Positions 1-8,279 of a stretch of DNA of 22,478 nucleotides are shown here, piece by piece; position 1 is the stretch's first letter, and every line of letters starts with the position of its first letter. The DNA is from a virus (Duplodnaviria > Heunggongvirae > Uroviricota > Caudoviricetes): positions 1 through 22,478 of IMG/VR virus record IMGVR_UViG_3300021400_000025, one strand, 5' to 3'. The translations under genes were made by a program, and so were the position numbers. The notes beneath the pieces were generated by a model that did not search any database, was not told the DNA's origin, and was given only the letters and a program-made list of their open reading frames with translations.

Positions 1-7
1 TAGTCAT
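1..7 (-). CDS. Start (ATG ACT A...) of a minus-strand gene running off the left edge; possibly a relative of the endonuclease at 4084..5496
   Basis: ATG at 7..5 with AAGGAG upstream (18-23). The upstream 90 nt align with the leader of the 4084..5496 gene, which also begins ATGACTA. Confidence 0.5.
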
Positions 8-37
8 GTTCAATAGTCTCCTTATTGGATGTGATTA

Positions 38-94
38 GAGGTTGATTGAAAGTAACGATTTCTTTCAACCTCGTTTCTATTTACAATTATACAT
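38..94 (-). promoter_or_regulatory. Endonuclease-type leader, copy A: TATAAT/GTAAATA promoter block plus hairpin
   Basis: The 21-nt block tttctatttacaattatacat at 74-94 is identical to 5559-5579. Inverted repeat GAGGTTGA...TCAACCTC at 38-72 with a 7-nt loop. Confidence 0.65.
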
Positions 95-134
95 CAAAAA
101 ACAGAATAGGGGTTTGGTTTTCATTTCGGTTTGT

Positions 135-141
135 GTAAATA
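135..141 (+). promoter_or_regulatory. Putative late promoter GTAAATA for the tail sheath gene
   Basis: The motif recurs in the correct orientation upstream of eight genes in the window and resembles the T4 late promoter TATAAATA. Confidence 0.65.
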
Positions 142-220
142 TAGATGAACTACAAAGTTTTGGACTAGTGTTCATTATAGAGTAGTCAAACAACTATAAC
201 TAACAAAAAAGAGGTAAAAA

Positions 221-3200
221 ATGGCAAATCGTACAATTTCCAGCCCTGGGGTTGAGATAATCGAACATGACTTGTCTGGTTATACGACCACCAATCTGGG
301 AACCAACTGCCTCGTCACTGGTTTTGCTCAGAAGGGCGAAGACCTTGAGCCTATTCACATCACGAACCGCTCAAGTTGGCTTCTGAACTTCGGTGCGCCA
401 ACCAATGAGGCCGAGGAATACTTCTACAATGCTGGCATGGAGGTCTTGAATCAACAGGGCTTTCTCTATGCTGCGAAGATTCCCTATTCAAACGACATCG
501 CTGGCATCTATGCTGCGGCGAAATACACAATCAGTTCTCCACGCGATTTGTATGAACTTGATGAAGAGGAGGGGTTGTATTATTCTTGGACGACCAATGA
601 ACTTGGAGAGCCAGTGAAGAAGTACAGAGATGCTGAGGACGAGCTTCCTGGACATCCACTTGGGCGTTTCTACAAGAACTACCGTGGACTCAAGGATCTT
701 GGCGTAAACAGTCTTCAGTTGATTGCTCCTACTGGACAGGACTTCATTTCCAAGGATTTGGTTGAGGAGTATGAGACAGGTGAATCCGCTCCAGGCTCCA
801 ACGTCATCTATCTCGTTGACAAGACAAGGGCTGTGTACACTCGCGCCCCCGAGATTGCAGACAAGCAGAGCAACCGCGATTCAAGGTATTGCATTGGCAT
901 TGTGCCTGTGATAACCACCCTCTGCAACACTGCATGGTTCCAGAAGAACATAACGGGGCTTGAGTCTGATGTGGATGAACTCTATCAGCCGGTGCGTTCT
1001 TTGAGGACGATTGAGTTCCCAGCAGGAGCTGCTTCCGCAGCGGAGTACAAGCCAACTAAGTTCGTTGCTGACGATCTCCACACCCAGTTGCTCAAGGGGC
1101 AGGGCGTGTTCCAGGCATCCCTTTCAGAGCAGGCCGCGACGATTGCGCAGTCATGCCTCTCCAATGGAAACCTTGTTGATGGCAAGTTCAAGCCATTCGT
1201 CTGCAACGATGTGTGCGTTGTTGTGTTCAAGGCGTTCGTCTCCACTGAGGATGGTAAGATTGACTTCACCCCTGTTGAGACTTGGGTTGGCTCTCTTGAT
1301 CCAAATGGACGCAACGAGAAGGGTCTGACAACGTTCATCGACACCATCATCAACAACAACTCCGAGTACATCTACTGCTTCTCCAACCTTCAGGATCCAC
1401 AGAAGGTTCTGAATCCAGACCATGGCTTCGTGGCTGGCTCCGATGTGGAGTATGAGACTGCGAAGGAGGATCATCAGAACGACACCGAGTATCAGGCGGC
1501 GACATTGTTCTCCGCCTACGCGGCTGCGATGCTTGGCTTCAACAAGGGCGAGAGCAACAATGAATTGCCATCGCTTGCCGCGCCAAGGGACTTCACCGAC
1601 GAGGTCTATGGTGAATCCTGGCCTGACGGAGACTTGGACGAGAATCAGGAGAAGATGAAGGAATTGTCCATCAAGACGATGGGCAACCTCCGCAAGTTCT
1701 ACAACGAAGACGCCAAGCAGCCAATCTGCACATTGGATCCTCTTGTGATGGGCAATAAGTTCTCGTTCGATGATCTCAAGGACATCGTTGAAGAGGCTAC
1801 TGACGATGGCGTTGACAGCACAGGCGTCAAGCCAAACAATCCAAACTACCTTGATGGATATGCGGGCGATTATCTGAATGGACTCAGCGATCAGTTCAAG
1901 GAGTATCTGGATGTCTCCGACAAGTTCATCACCAAGTTGCCATCAATCACCTACAAGATCACCAGAAAGGGGACTGAGTACAAGGATGGAGAAGAGGTGC
2001 CTGTGGATGAGGAGAATGGTGAAATCGTATTTGACCTGCATAGGGCGGAGAATGTGGAGAATCCTGAGAACTTTGAACTGGACTCCTATGACTACACATT
2101 CACCATGGGATCTTCCTCTGTGGATGAGAATGGAAACGGCGGCCAGGTGGACTACTACAAGAAAGACAACATGGGCAACAAGATTGCCGAGATGAAGTTG
2201 TCTGAATTGTCCATCTTCAACTCCACCGACTACTTGAGGGCAATCTACGACTTCGATGAGCTGGTGATACCGCAGACGCTCATGGGCAGCAATGAGGTTG
2301 ACTTCGACAGCGTTGAGTGGGCGCAAGTCCGCCAGGCGGCAATCCAGGCGTTGATTATCAACTCAATCCAGAAGTCTGGCAGGTTCAAGGCGAAGCTCCG
2401 CTACCTCAAGAAGGCGAAAATCAACCTTGACAGACTTGACATGAACTTCGATTGGGCTTGCATTGACGTTCCACAGACAAGCGAGCAGAAGGCGAACAAA
2501 GCAGTGGGCAAGAAGTACATTGAGGACATCTTCAAGTCCTACAACGATGTTGGTCTGCTTGGTGGAATCCAGTTCGTGGCCATTCCAGAGGAATCCTCAA
2601 CGGACTCAACCAGCAAGAACTCCGACCTTCTCTCCAAGAAGGATGCCCTTGAGGCGAAACTTGACGCAATCGTGAACATCGACACCTCCAAGAAGGAGAA
2701 GATGAAGCCAAGACAGGGGACGCAGGATCCAAAGAAGAAGTCTGAGGAATTGATCTTCGCGGAGAAGTATCTCAGGGTTCGCCAGTATCTCCAGTCCCAG
2801 TACTACGCAAAGTTGGCCGACATGCTCAAGACAATCGCCAAGATAATGGAGGATTGCACATATGCCCAGCAGCGCTATGTTGAGTCCCAGAGGAACATCG
2901 ACGACTCCAACATCATGCTTGGCTTCTATCCCGAGATGGCAGAGCCAATCATCACCTACACCACAATCGCGCAGTCCTTGAACAAGATTCTGGACAGCAT
3001 GAACAACATCAACGAGTGCGATGTGGATGTGGTGTGCGATGCAGGCATCTCCAACATCGCCCAGTTCGTGAAGCAGGTCTACGACCCAAGCGCAGACGAT
3101 GGCGAGGATGTTGGTGGTCTCTACCAGCCTGTCAAGTACAGCGCCTACTTCAAGTTCAACAAGAACACCGACTTGGCGTATTGGAAGACAATCGTGTACA

Positions 3201-4003
3201 AGTTCGATACCTTCTGCAAGTATCGTGGAGATTGCATGTTCTGCACCGAGGGTCCGCGTGGCATGGTTCTGATTGGCAACAAGCAGGTCGTGCGCAAGAC
3301 CAAGAAGGACACGAGCGTGGATCTCAACATCCTGCCATACCTCAACAAGATCACTGGATTCAACACATCCTATGGCGCAGGCTACCTCAACTGGTACCGC
3401 ACAATCAGCGACTACACGGGAGACACCCTCTGGGTTCCTCCGTCAATCAAGGCAATGGGCACATACATCCTCACCGACAAGCAGTACAACTGGTGGGATG
3501 CCCCCGCTGGAATGCGCCGTGGCGTGATCAACATGGTGGAGACCTCCTTCAATCCAAACAAGGATCAGGCAGGAGACATCTACGATGCCAACTGGAACTA
3601 CGCAATACACTATCTCAACGATGGCATCATCCAGGAAGGGCAGAAGACCTTCCAGACGAGGCAGAGTGCGCTTGACCGCGTGAATGTCCGCCGTCTGATT
3701 GGCCGCATCAAGAGGTATGTGTATCATGCGTCAAGGCAGTTCCTCTACGAGCCACATACGCAGGCAGTCCGCGAGAAGTACGTGAAGACAATCACGCCAT
3801 TCTTCCAGGATCTGATGAACAGAGGTGGCTTGTATGGATACAAGATTATCTGCGACAGCACCAACAATGGGCCGGAAGTCATTGACAGAAATGAACTCAG
3901 AGTGAAGATAGGGATTAAGCCCTGCAAGACCATCGAGTTCATCATCATCGACCTCTGTGTTCTCAACACTGGTGCATCCTGGACTGAAATGGATAGCATC
4001 TGA
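221..4003 (+). CDS. Tail sheath protein (T4 gp18-like), 1260 aa with a large central insertion
   Basis: N-terminal SPGVEIIEHDLS; C-terminal WWDAPAGMRRG, GQKTFQ...SALDRVNVRRL, ICDSTNNGPEVIDRNEL...IKPCKTIEFI; GAGG RBS at 211-214; TGA stop. Confidence 0.95.
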   Translation: MANRTISSPGVEIIEHDLSGYTTTNLGTNCLVTGFAQKGEDLEPIHITNRSSWLLNFGAPTNEAEEYFYNAGMEVLNQQGFLYAAKIPYSNDIAGIYAAAKYTISSPRDLYELDEEEGLYYSWTTNELGEPVKKYRDAEDELPGHPLGRFYKNYRGLKDLGVNSLQLIAPTGQDFISKDLVEEYETGESAPGSNVIYLVDKTRAVYTRAPEIADKQSNRDSRYCIGIVPVITTLCNTAWFQKNITGLESDVDELYQPVRSLRTIEFPAGAASAAEYKPTKFVADDLHTQLLKGQGVFQASLSEQAATIAQSCLSNGNLVDGKFKPFVCNDVCVVVFKAFVSTEDGKIDFTPVETWVGSLDPNGRNEKGLTTFIDTIINNNSEYIYCFSNLQDPQKVLNPDHGFVAGSDVEYETAKEDHQNDTEYQAATLFSAYAAAMLGFNKGESNNELPSLAAPRDFTDEVYGESWPDGDLDENQEKMKELSIKTMGNLRKFYNEDAKQPICTLDPLVMGNKFSFDDLKDIVEEATDDGVDSTGVKPNNPNYLDGYAGDYLNGLSDQFKEYLDVSDKFITKLPSITYKITRKGTEYKDGEEVPVDEENGEIVFDLHRAENVENPENFELDSYDYTFTMGSSSVDENGNGGQVDYYKKDNMGNKIAEMKLSELSIFNSTDYLRAIYDFDELVIPQTLMGSNEVDFDSVEWAQVRQAAIQALIINSIQKSGRFKAKLRYLKKAKINLDRLDMNFDWACIDVPQTSEQKANKAVGKKYIEDIFKSYNDVGLLGGIQFVAIPEESSTDSTSKNSDLLSKKDALEAKLDAIVNIDTSKKEKMKPRQGTQDPKKKSEELIFAEKYLRVRQYLQSQYYAKLADMLKTIAKIMEDCTYAQQRYVESQRNIDDSNIMLGFYPEMAEPIITYTTIAQSLNKILDSMNNINECDVDVVCDAGISNIAQFVKQVYDPSADDGEDVGGLYQPVKYSAYFKFNKNTDLAYWKTIVYKFDTFCKYRGDCMFCTEGPRGMVLIGNKQVVRKTKKDTSVDLNILPYLNKITGFNTSYGAGYLNWYRTISDYTGDTLWVPPSIKAMGTYILTDKQYNWWDAPAGMRRGVINMVETSFNPNKDQAGDIYDANWNYAIHYLNDGIIQEGQKTFQTRQSALDRVNVRRLIGRIKRYVYHASRQFLYEPHTQAVREKYVKTITPFFQDLMNRGGLYGYKIICDSTNNGPEVIDRNELRVKIGIKPCKTIEFIIIDLCVLNTGASWTEMDSI

Positions 4004-4022
4004 CATAAAGATCATTGAAGTC

Positions 4023-4064
4023 AAAAACAAAACTCCCACTCACAAGAGTGGGAGTTTTGTTTTT
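4023..4064. terminator. Bidirectional intrinsic terminator between convergent genes
   Basis: Perfect 19-bp inverted repeat AAAAACAAAACTCCCACTC-acaa-GAGTGGGAGTTTTGTTTTT with T tails on both strands. Confidence 0.9.
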
Positions 4065-4083
4065 ATGTGATTTTATTATTGTG

Positions 4084-5496
4084 TTAGAAGAACATATCAA
4101 TTGAAAGATCCTCAACTTCTTGTTTTCTGAATATATTCACATTATTGGCAAGCATGCATTGGTGCTTGGCTTCGTAGAGACCGCACATCCAATCATACTT
4201 CTCGTCAGACCATTCTGGTTCCCGATATGGGCAATACATTTCTTCCTTTCCTGAACTTTCGTTTATTCTGAAGAAGTGTTCTCCCTTGACTTCGTAGATT
4301 CTGCCATTCACCAAAAAGTCAGGATGGTATGTGTGTTCTGCGCCATCATACATATATTGAAAGCATATTTCTGGTTGATACTCAAAGTCGATGTGATTCT
4401 CCAACAGGAAGTCATAGACCAGAAATTCCCAAGAAGAACCAAATGTCATATCGGGGTACTTGGGATTTGTGTATCGCTTGTGTGCCTTTTTGTGGTATTC
4501 TGAAGTTTGAGCATAATTGTCATATCCATATGTGTTTCGCATTGTTTGTCGTAGTTTTTCTTTCACAACTTCACTTTGCATTGGATTATCTGTTCCATAA
4601 TTCTTCCTGCTAGTCTCTCTTACTTTTATTCTCCATTCTTCTGTTCTGGAATACTCCTCGTCTCCATATCTTTCCTTGCTAGTGGCATGTGATTTCAGTT
4701 TCTTGTCCTCTGAACTGAAATATGTTGGGGCATTGAACTTCTTTATACATGTTTCCCTAACTTTGTCTTTGACTTCTTGTGCTTGGGATGGATTGGTTAT
4801 TCCCTTTCCATAGTGTTTCTCCCATTTTTCAATAGATTTTCTCTTCATTTCATCCCATTCTTCTTGGGTGCGCTTGGATATGGTCTCTCTGTACTTGTTC
4901 TTGGTTTCCTCCAACGACGACGAATGGATACCACCATGTCTTCTTTTGTTGGAGTCTATTGCTCGTTGTATCAATTCTTGTTTCTCGTTTTCTGAAAGGG
5001 AAGTCCATCTATCAGAAATCAACTTTCGACCTTCTTTTGTTTGGTTGAATAACACACCTCCATGATTTCTCCTGTCGGTTTCTTGTATCTTGTCTCTGAA
5101 CTCCTTCACTTGCATAGGATTTGTAATTCCCTTGCCATATCTTGATTCCATGGTGGTTTTATGCTTGTCCTTGTATTCTTTCGTGAGATGGGCGCATGAT
5201 GGACAACAAGTGGTATATATCTTTGCGTGGTTGCCGTGGATTTGCTTCATTACGATGTTTCCACACACTTCACAACAAACAGGTTCATTGAACTCACGGA
5301 GTATGTATTGTATTCTCGTATTGTAGTCGAAGAATTCAGGTAAAAACGATGTATTGACCATTATCAAGGTATGCATGTACTTGTCGTTTTTTATCTTGCG
5401 TAGGAAGCAATTTGAGTTCTTGTTTACGAACTTTTCAACAATATCCCTAACAGGATTTCTTTCGTCGTCAATTTCATGTATAATTTCATTAGTCAT
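4084..5496 (-). CDS. Putative free-standing homing endonuclease: Zn finger, repeated (K/R/H/N)YGxxNPxQ helical units, C-terminal PD-(D/E)XK domain
   Basis: CEVCG...CCPSC; repeats RYGKGITNPMQ, HYGKGITNPSQ, NYGTDNPMQ, TYGYDNYAQ; nuclease motif YHPDFLVNGRIYEVKG; visibly AT-richer than the sheath gene; TAA stop. Confidence 0.75.
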   Translation of the reverse strand: MTNEIIHEIDDERNPVRDIVEKFVNKNSNCFLRKIKNDKYMHTLIMVNTSFLPEFFDYNTRIQYILREFNEPVCCEVCGNIVMKQIHGNHAKIYTTCCPSCAHLTKEYKDKHKTTMESRYGKGITNPMQVKEFRDKIQETDRRNHGGVLFNQTKEGRKLISDRWTSLSENEKQELIQRAIDSNKRRHGGIHSSSLEETKNKYRETISKRTQEEWDEMKRKSIEKWEKHYGKGITNPSQAQEVKDKVRETCIKKFNAPTYFSSEDKKLKSHATSKERYGDEEYSRTEEWRIKVRETSRKNYGTDNPMQSEVVKEKLRQTMRNTYGYDNYAQTSEYHKKAHKRYTNPKYPDMTFGSSWEFLVYDFLLENHIDFEYQPEICFQYMYDGAEHTYHPDFLVNGRIYEVKGEHFFRINESSGKEEMYCPYREPEWSDEKYDWMCGLYEAKHQCMLANNVNIFRKQEVEDLSIDMFF

Positions 5497-5526
5497 TTGT
5501 GATACCTCTCATATCATAAGTGATTT

Positions 5527-5579
5527 GGTTGGTTGGGAATTGCAGTCTCAATCAACCTTTTCTATTTACAATTATACAT
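5527..5579 (-). promoter_or_regulatory. Endonuclease leader, copy B: GTAAATA (5563-5569) overlapped by TATAAT, plus hairpin
   Basis: Homologous to 38-94. Hairpin GGTTGGTTGGGA-attgcag-TCTCAATCAACC at 5527-5557; GAGG RBS downstream. Confidence 0.65.
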
Positions 5580-5591
5580 ATAATAACGAGA

Positions 5592-5621
5592 AACACCACC
5601 TTGTCTTGCGAGGGTGGTGTT
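5592..5621. terminator. Probable intrinsic terminator at the end of the minus-strand NAD/small-ORF cluster
   Basis: Stem AACACCACC...GGTGGTGTT with T-rich flanks, 70 nt downstream of the stop at 5692. Confidence 0.6.
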
Positions 5622-5666
5622 CTTGTCTTTGGACAAGGGTTCTTGTCTTTGGACAAGGGTTCTTGT
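5621..5666. repeat. Tandem 20-nt repeat (about 2.3 copies), each unit a mini-hairpin
   Basis: tcttgtctttggacaagggt at 5621-5640 and 5641-5660, partial tcttgt at 5661-5666; internal palindrome CTTGTC-tttg-GACAAG. Confidence 0.9.
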
Positions 5667-5691
5667 ATTCCCATGATTCTTGTTTGTTGGA

Positions 5692-6192
5692 TTACGCCCC
5701 AAGCATTTCCTCAACCACTTCGGGTGGGTATTTGCGTTCGCAATCCCTGTCCTTCAGAATCTCATATGCGAAATAGACTTCCTGGAATGTGATTGGTTTG
5801 TCGTAGGAGAGATAGCCTGTCTCCTCAACATTGCCTCTATCCCAATCCCCAAGATCTGGATCGTCCTTCAACTCCTGCTTCGCAACTGCCTTGAGTTTCT
5901 CGGCCATCCACATCTTGATTGCCTTTTCGTCAAAGTTAACCTTTGCAAACCAGTTGTCCGCGCCATAGTTCCTTCTCCATGGCTCCGTACTCACGGCGAA
6001 ATGCACCCTCTGGCCCTTCATTTCAACATCTATGAACGGCCAATAATGCTCCATCTTAGGCGAGTTCTCCCACATACCATCTGACATCTGACCAATCACC
6101 GAGTCAAGGATGTCCTTGGCTTTGTCACCCACGAGTCCAGTGTCAATCAACTTGACTGACTCGTCTGATTCATTGTAGACTTTCTTCCACAT
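5692..6192 (-). CDS. Hypothetical phage protein (166 aa, start MWKKVYNES)
   Basis: ATG at 6192 with GGAGG at 6202-6206; codon bias like neighbouring genes; TAA stop. Confidence 0.8.
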   Translation of the reverse strand: MWKKVYNESDESVKLIDTGLVGDKAKDILDSVIGQMSDGMWENSPKMEHYWPFIDVEMKGQRVHFAVSTEPWRRNYGADNWFAKVNFDEKAIKMWMAEKLKAVAKQELKDDPDLGDWDRGNVEETGYLSYDKPITFQEVYFAYEILKDRDCERKYPPEVVEEMLGA

Positions 6193-6194
6193 TG

Positions 6195-6563
6195 TCAAAT
6201 TCCTCCACCCCACAACACCTGGTTCGTCGTCCAGTTGTTGGTATAGGTATTTACCAATTCAACGCCTATGTTTGGGAACTGGATGTCCTGGTTCTGTTCA
6301 ATGACGAACACCATCCTCTTGTTGAGGCATGGACATTTGGGAGAATGAGTCAATCCACTTCTGTGGCATCCTGTCATCAATAGATATTCATGTCCATCAA
6401 CCATGATGTACCGGAATGTCCATTCTCCGGTTCCTGGGCACAGAACCATATTGAATTCGTTTGTTCCACTTCTTTCGGCAACATGTCTGCCACTTTCGTC
6501 AACTAGGGATTCAGAACATCCAATGAGAAGGATGCTCATTCCCAATGCAAGCAGTTTCTTCAT
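6195..6563 (-). CDS. Putative lipoprotein
   Basis: MKKLLALGMSILLIG|C signal peptide II/lipobox; C-terminal HSPKCPC; AGGAG RBS. Confidence 0.7.
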   Translation of the reverse strand: MKKLLALGMSILLIGCSESLVDESGRHVAERSGTNEFNMVLCPGTGEWTFRYIMVDGHEYLLMTGCHRSGLTHSPKCPCLNKRMVFVIEQNQDIQFPNIGVELVNTYTNNWTTNQVLWGGGI

Positions 6564-6577
6564 GGTTGTTCTCTCCT

Positions 6578-7399
6578 TTAGTTGAGTTCTATTAGCTGAG
6601 ATTCTGTAAACTCAATGTTTCTGAAAACCTCGATTGGGTTAGGTTTGGTCTTGAACCTCACAGCATCCAGCCTTTCTTGAATCTTTTTCAGTGTCTCTAC
6701 AGGAAGCACATCAAGCGGATTGGGGCATCCCTTGACATTTCCCCGAAGCAATGTGTCCAGAGCATCATAGCTGAACCCAATCTTGTCCTCGTCTGTCTTT
6801 CCAGTCAATCCATCAGATGGAGCCTTTTCCACAAGGTCGCGTGGAATCTCGTCCATCGTCAGACCAATGGCAACCACCTCGTTTTTGGTGAGATCTATAA
6901 GGGGCTTGAGGTCTCCACATTCGTCTCCCCAACGAGTGAAATAGCCAGTGATGTATTCGGACAGATTGCTGGTGTTGATAACCCTTCCACCAACCGTCTG
7001 GCTCACTGCATACAATGTGGTCATGCGAAGTCGTGGAGCAAGGTTGATGAGTGTCTGTTCGGACAGCTCAACCACCATGTCACCCAATGCGTCAATCGCT
7101 GCATTTCCAATTGCGTCATACGCGCCCTTGATGTTCACTGTGACGTTGGGGATGCCAAGGGCTTCGCATACTCTGATGGAGTCCGAGATGTCCTTCTGCT
7201 CACCATTCGGCATGAGAACGCCAAGAACTCTGTCTGTTCCCAACGCCCTTGCGCAAAGCGCGGCAACAATCGTGGAGTCCTTTCCTCCAGAAATTCCCAG
7301 GACAGCCTTGCTTGTGGGACCGTTCTTCTCAAACCAGTCCCTAATCCACTGAACGAGATTGTCTCTCGTCTTCTCTGCGTTGAAATATGTCATGTCCAT
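6578..7399 (-). CDS. nadE: NH3-dependent NAD+ synthetase
   Basis: ISGGKDS PP-loop, NLAPRLRMTTLY, GYFTRWGD, KAPSDGL...TDED; 273 aa with no glutaminase domain. Confidence 0.95.
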   Translation of the reverse strand: MDMTYFNAEKTRDNLVQWIRDWFEKNGPTSKAVLGISGGKDSTIVAALCARALGTDRVLGVLMPNGEQKDISDSIRVCEALGIPNVTVNIKGAYDAIGNAAIDALGDMVVELSEQTLINLAPRLRMTTLYAVSQTVGGRVINTSNLSEYITGYFTRWGDECGDLKPLIDLTKNEVVAIGLTMDEIPRDLVEKAPSDGLTGKTDEDKIGFSYDALDTLLRGNVKGCPNPLDVLPVETLKKIQERLDAVRFKTKPNPIEVFRNIEFTESQLIELN

Positions 7400-7416
7400 T
7401 TTAGTTTTTCCTTTGC

Positions 7417-7722
7417 TTAGATTTCCTTGATATGAACCACAAACTCGAATTCCTCGCCGACATGGAGGAAATACTTGTCACGGTTCTCTTGGGTTTCTCT
7501 CCTATAGGTTGTGAATGGGATGTCCTTGTCTCCCAAGAACACGAGTTGGATGTAGTATTCGCCCATCTTGAACTCGTACAATCCATCCGTATCGTATTCC
7601 AAAGCCTCCTTGGGGAAGGTCTCGTCCATCTTCACCAATTCAGCATGGATTAACCTCCCACTTCTCTGACCATGCATCTTGGAAAAGTCGTGCCTGAACA
7701 TCACTACGTGGTCGTCGTTCAT
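7417..7722 (-). CDS. Hypothetical protein (101 aa)
   Basis: ORF tightly packed in the operon; AGGAG RBS; TAA stop. Confidence 0.75.
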   Translation of the reverse strand: MNDDHVVMFRHDFSKMHGQRSGRLIHAELVKMDETFPKEALEYDTDGLYEFKMGEYYIQLVFLGDKDIPFTTYRRETQENRDKYFLHVGEEFEFVVHIKEI

Positions 7723-7723
7723 T

Positions 7724-7936
7724 TCAATTTCTCCTTCTTCTTTCTACTGGTGCTTCCATTTTCCTTCCACATCCAGGGCAATACCTGTAGGTTTCATGGA
7801 AGGTCTTGATTTTCTCCTTCGCCTCGTTGGTGGAATTCCAATCCGCGTATTCCATGAACCCGCAATTGGAGCAGGTGGCATACTCGTATTCAAGGACATA
7901 CCAATGCGCTGTTAGGGTGTAGTTGTCGTTGTCCAT
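7724..7936 (-). CDS. Small zinc-ribbon protein
   Basis: CSNCG...YCPGCGRKM double CxxC; packed in the operon. Confidence 0.75.
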   Translation of the reverse strand: MDNDNYTLTAHWYVLEYEYATCSNCGFMEYADWNSTNEAKEKIKTFHETYRYCPGCGRKMEAPVERRRRN

Positions 7937-7951
7937 TTCAGTTCCCCTTCC

Positions 7952-8095
7952 TCAGTCAAACTCACCAGAAACGCCATCAAAGCAAGTGCTAAATGTGCAG
8001 TCTTTGCGTGAATGGCAATCGCATGGGCAATCTGTGTACCTGCACACCTCTTCCCCATATTCGTTTTCATGTAGGTTTGGACATTTGAATTCCAT
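7952..8095 (-). CDS. Small Cys-rich protein (47 aa), absent from the ORF track
   Basis: Manual translation MEFKCPNLHENEYGEEVCRYTDCPCDCHSRKDCTFSTCFDGVSGEFD*; AGGAG at 8106-8110; fills a gap in the operon. Confidence 0.65.
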   Translation of the reverse strand: MEFKCPNLHENEYGEEVCRYTDCPCDCHSRKDCTFSTCFDGVSGEFD

Positions 8096-8116
8096 TATTT
8101 CAGCTCTCCTTATCAA

Positions 8117-8278
8117 TCACAGATAGAAATCCGATGATGAAATTTGCTTGTTTTTCAAATACAACTTAACCGTGATGCGTTTGTCGTCGCAGCAATAGTC
8201 ATCAACTACAGATATACTGAGGTTTTCCTTGATGTAGTTTTCAATGAACTTCTTCAATTCCTTTTCCGTCTTTGGCAT
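8117..8278 (-). CDS. Small hypothetical protein (53 aa), absent from the ORF track
   Basis: Manual translation MPKTEKELKKFIENYIKENLSISVVDDYCCDDKRITVKLYLKNKQISSSDFYL*; starts 1 nt after the upstream stop; GGAGG RBS. Confidence 0.7.
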   Translation of the reverse strand: MPKTEKELKKFIENYIKENLSISVVDDYCCDDKRITVKLYLKNKQISSSDFYL

Positions 8279-8279
8279 G

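Noticed and set aside
1400-2920. Intein in the sheath protein
   Set aside because: No splice-junction pattern (His-Asn followed by Cys/Ser/Thr) or LAGLIDADG blocks were visible.
5621-5683. Mini CRISPR array
   Set aside because: The 20-nt repeats are directly adjacent with no spacers, and no cas adaptation genes are present.
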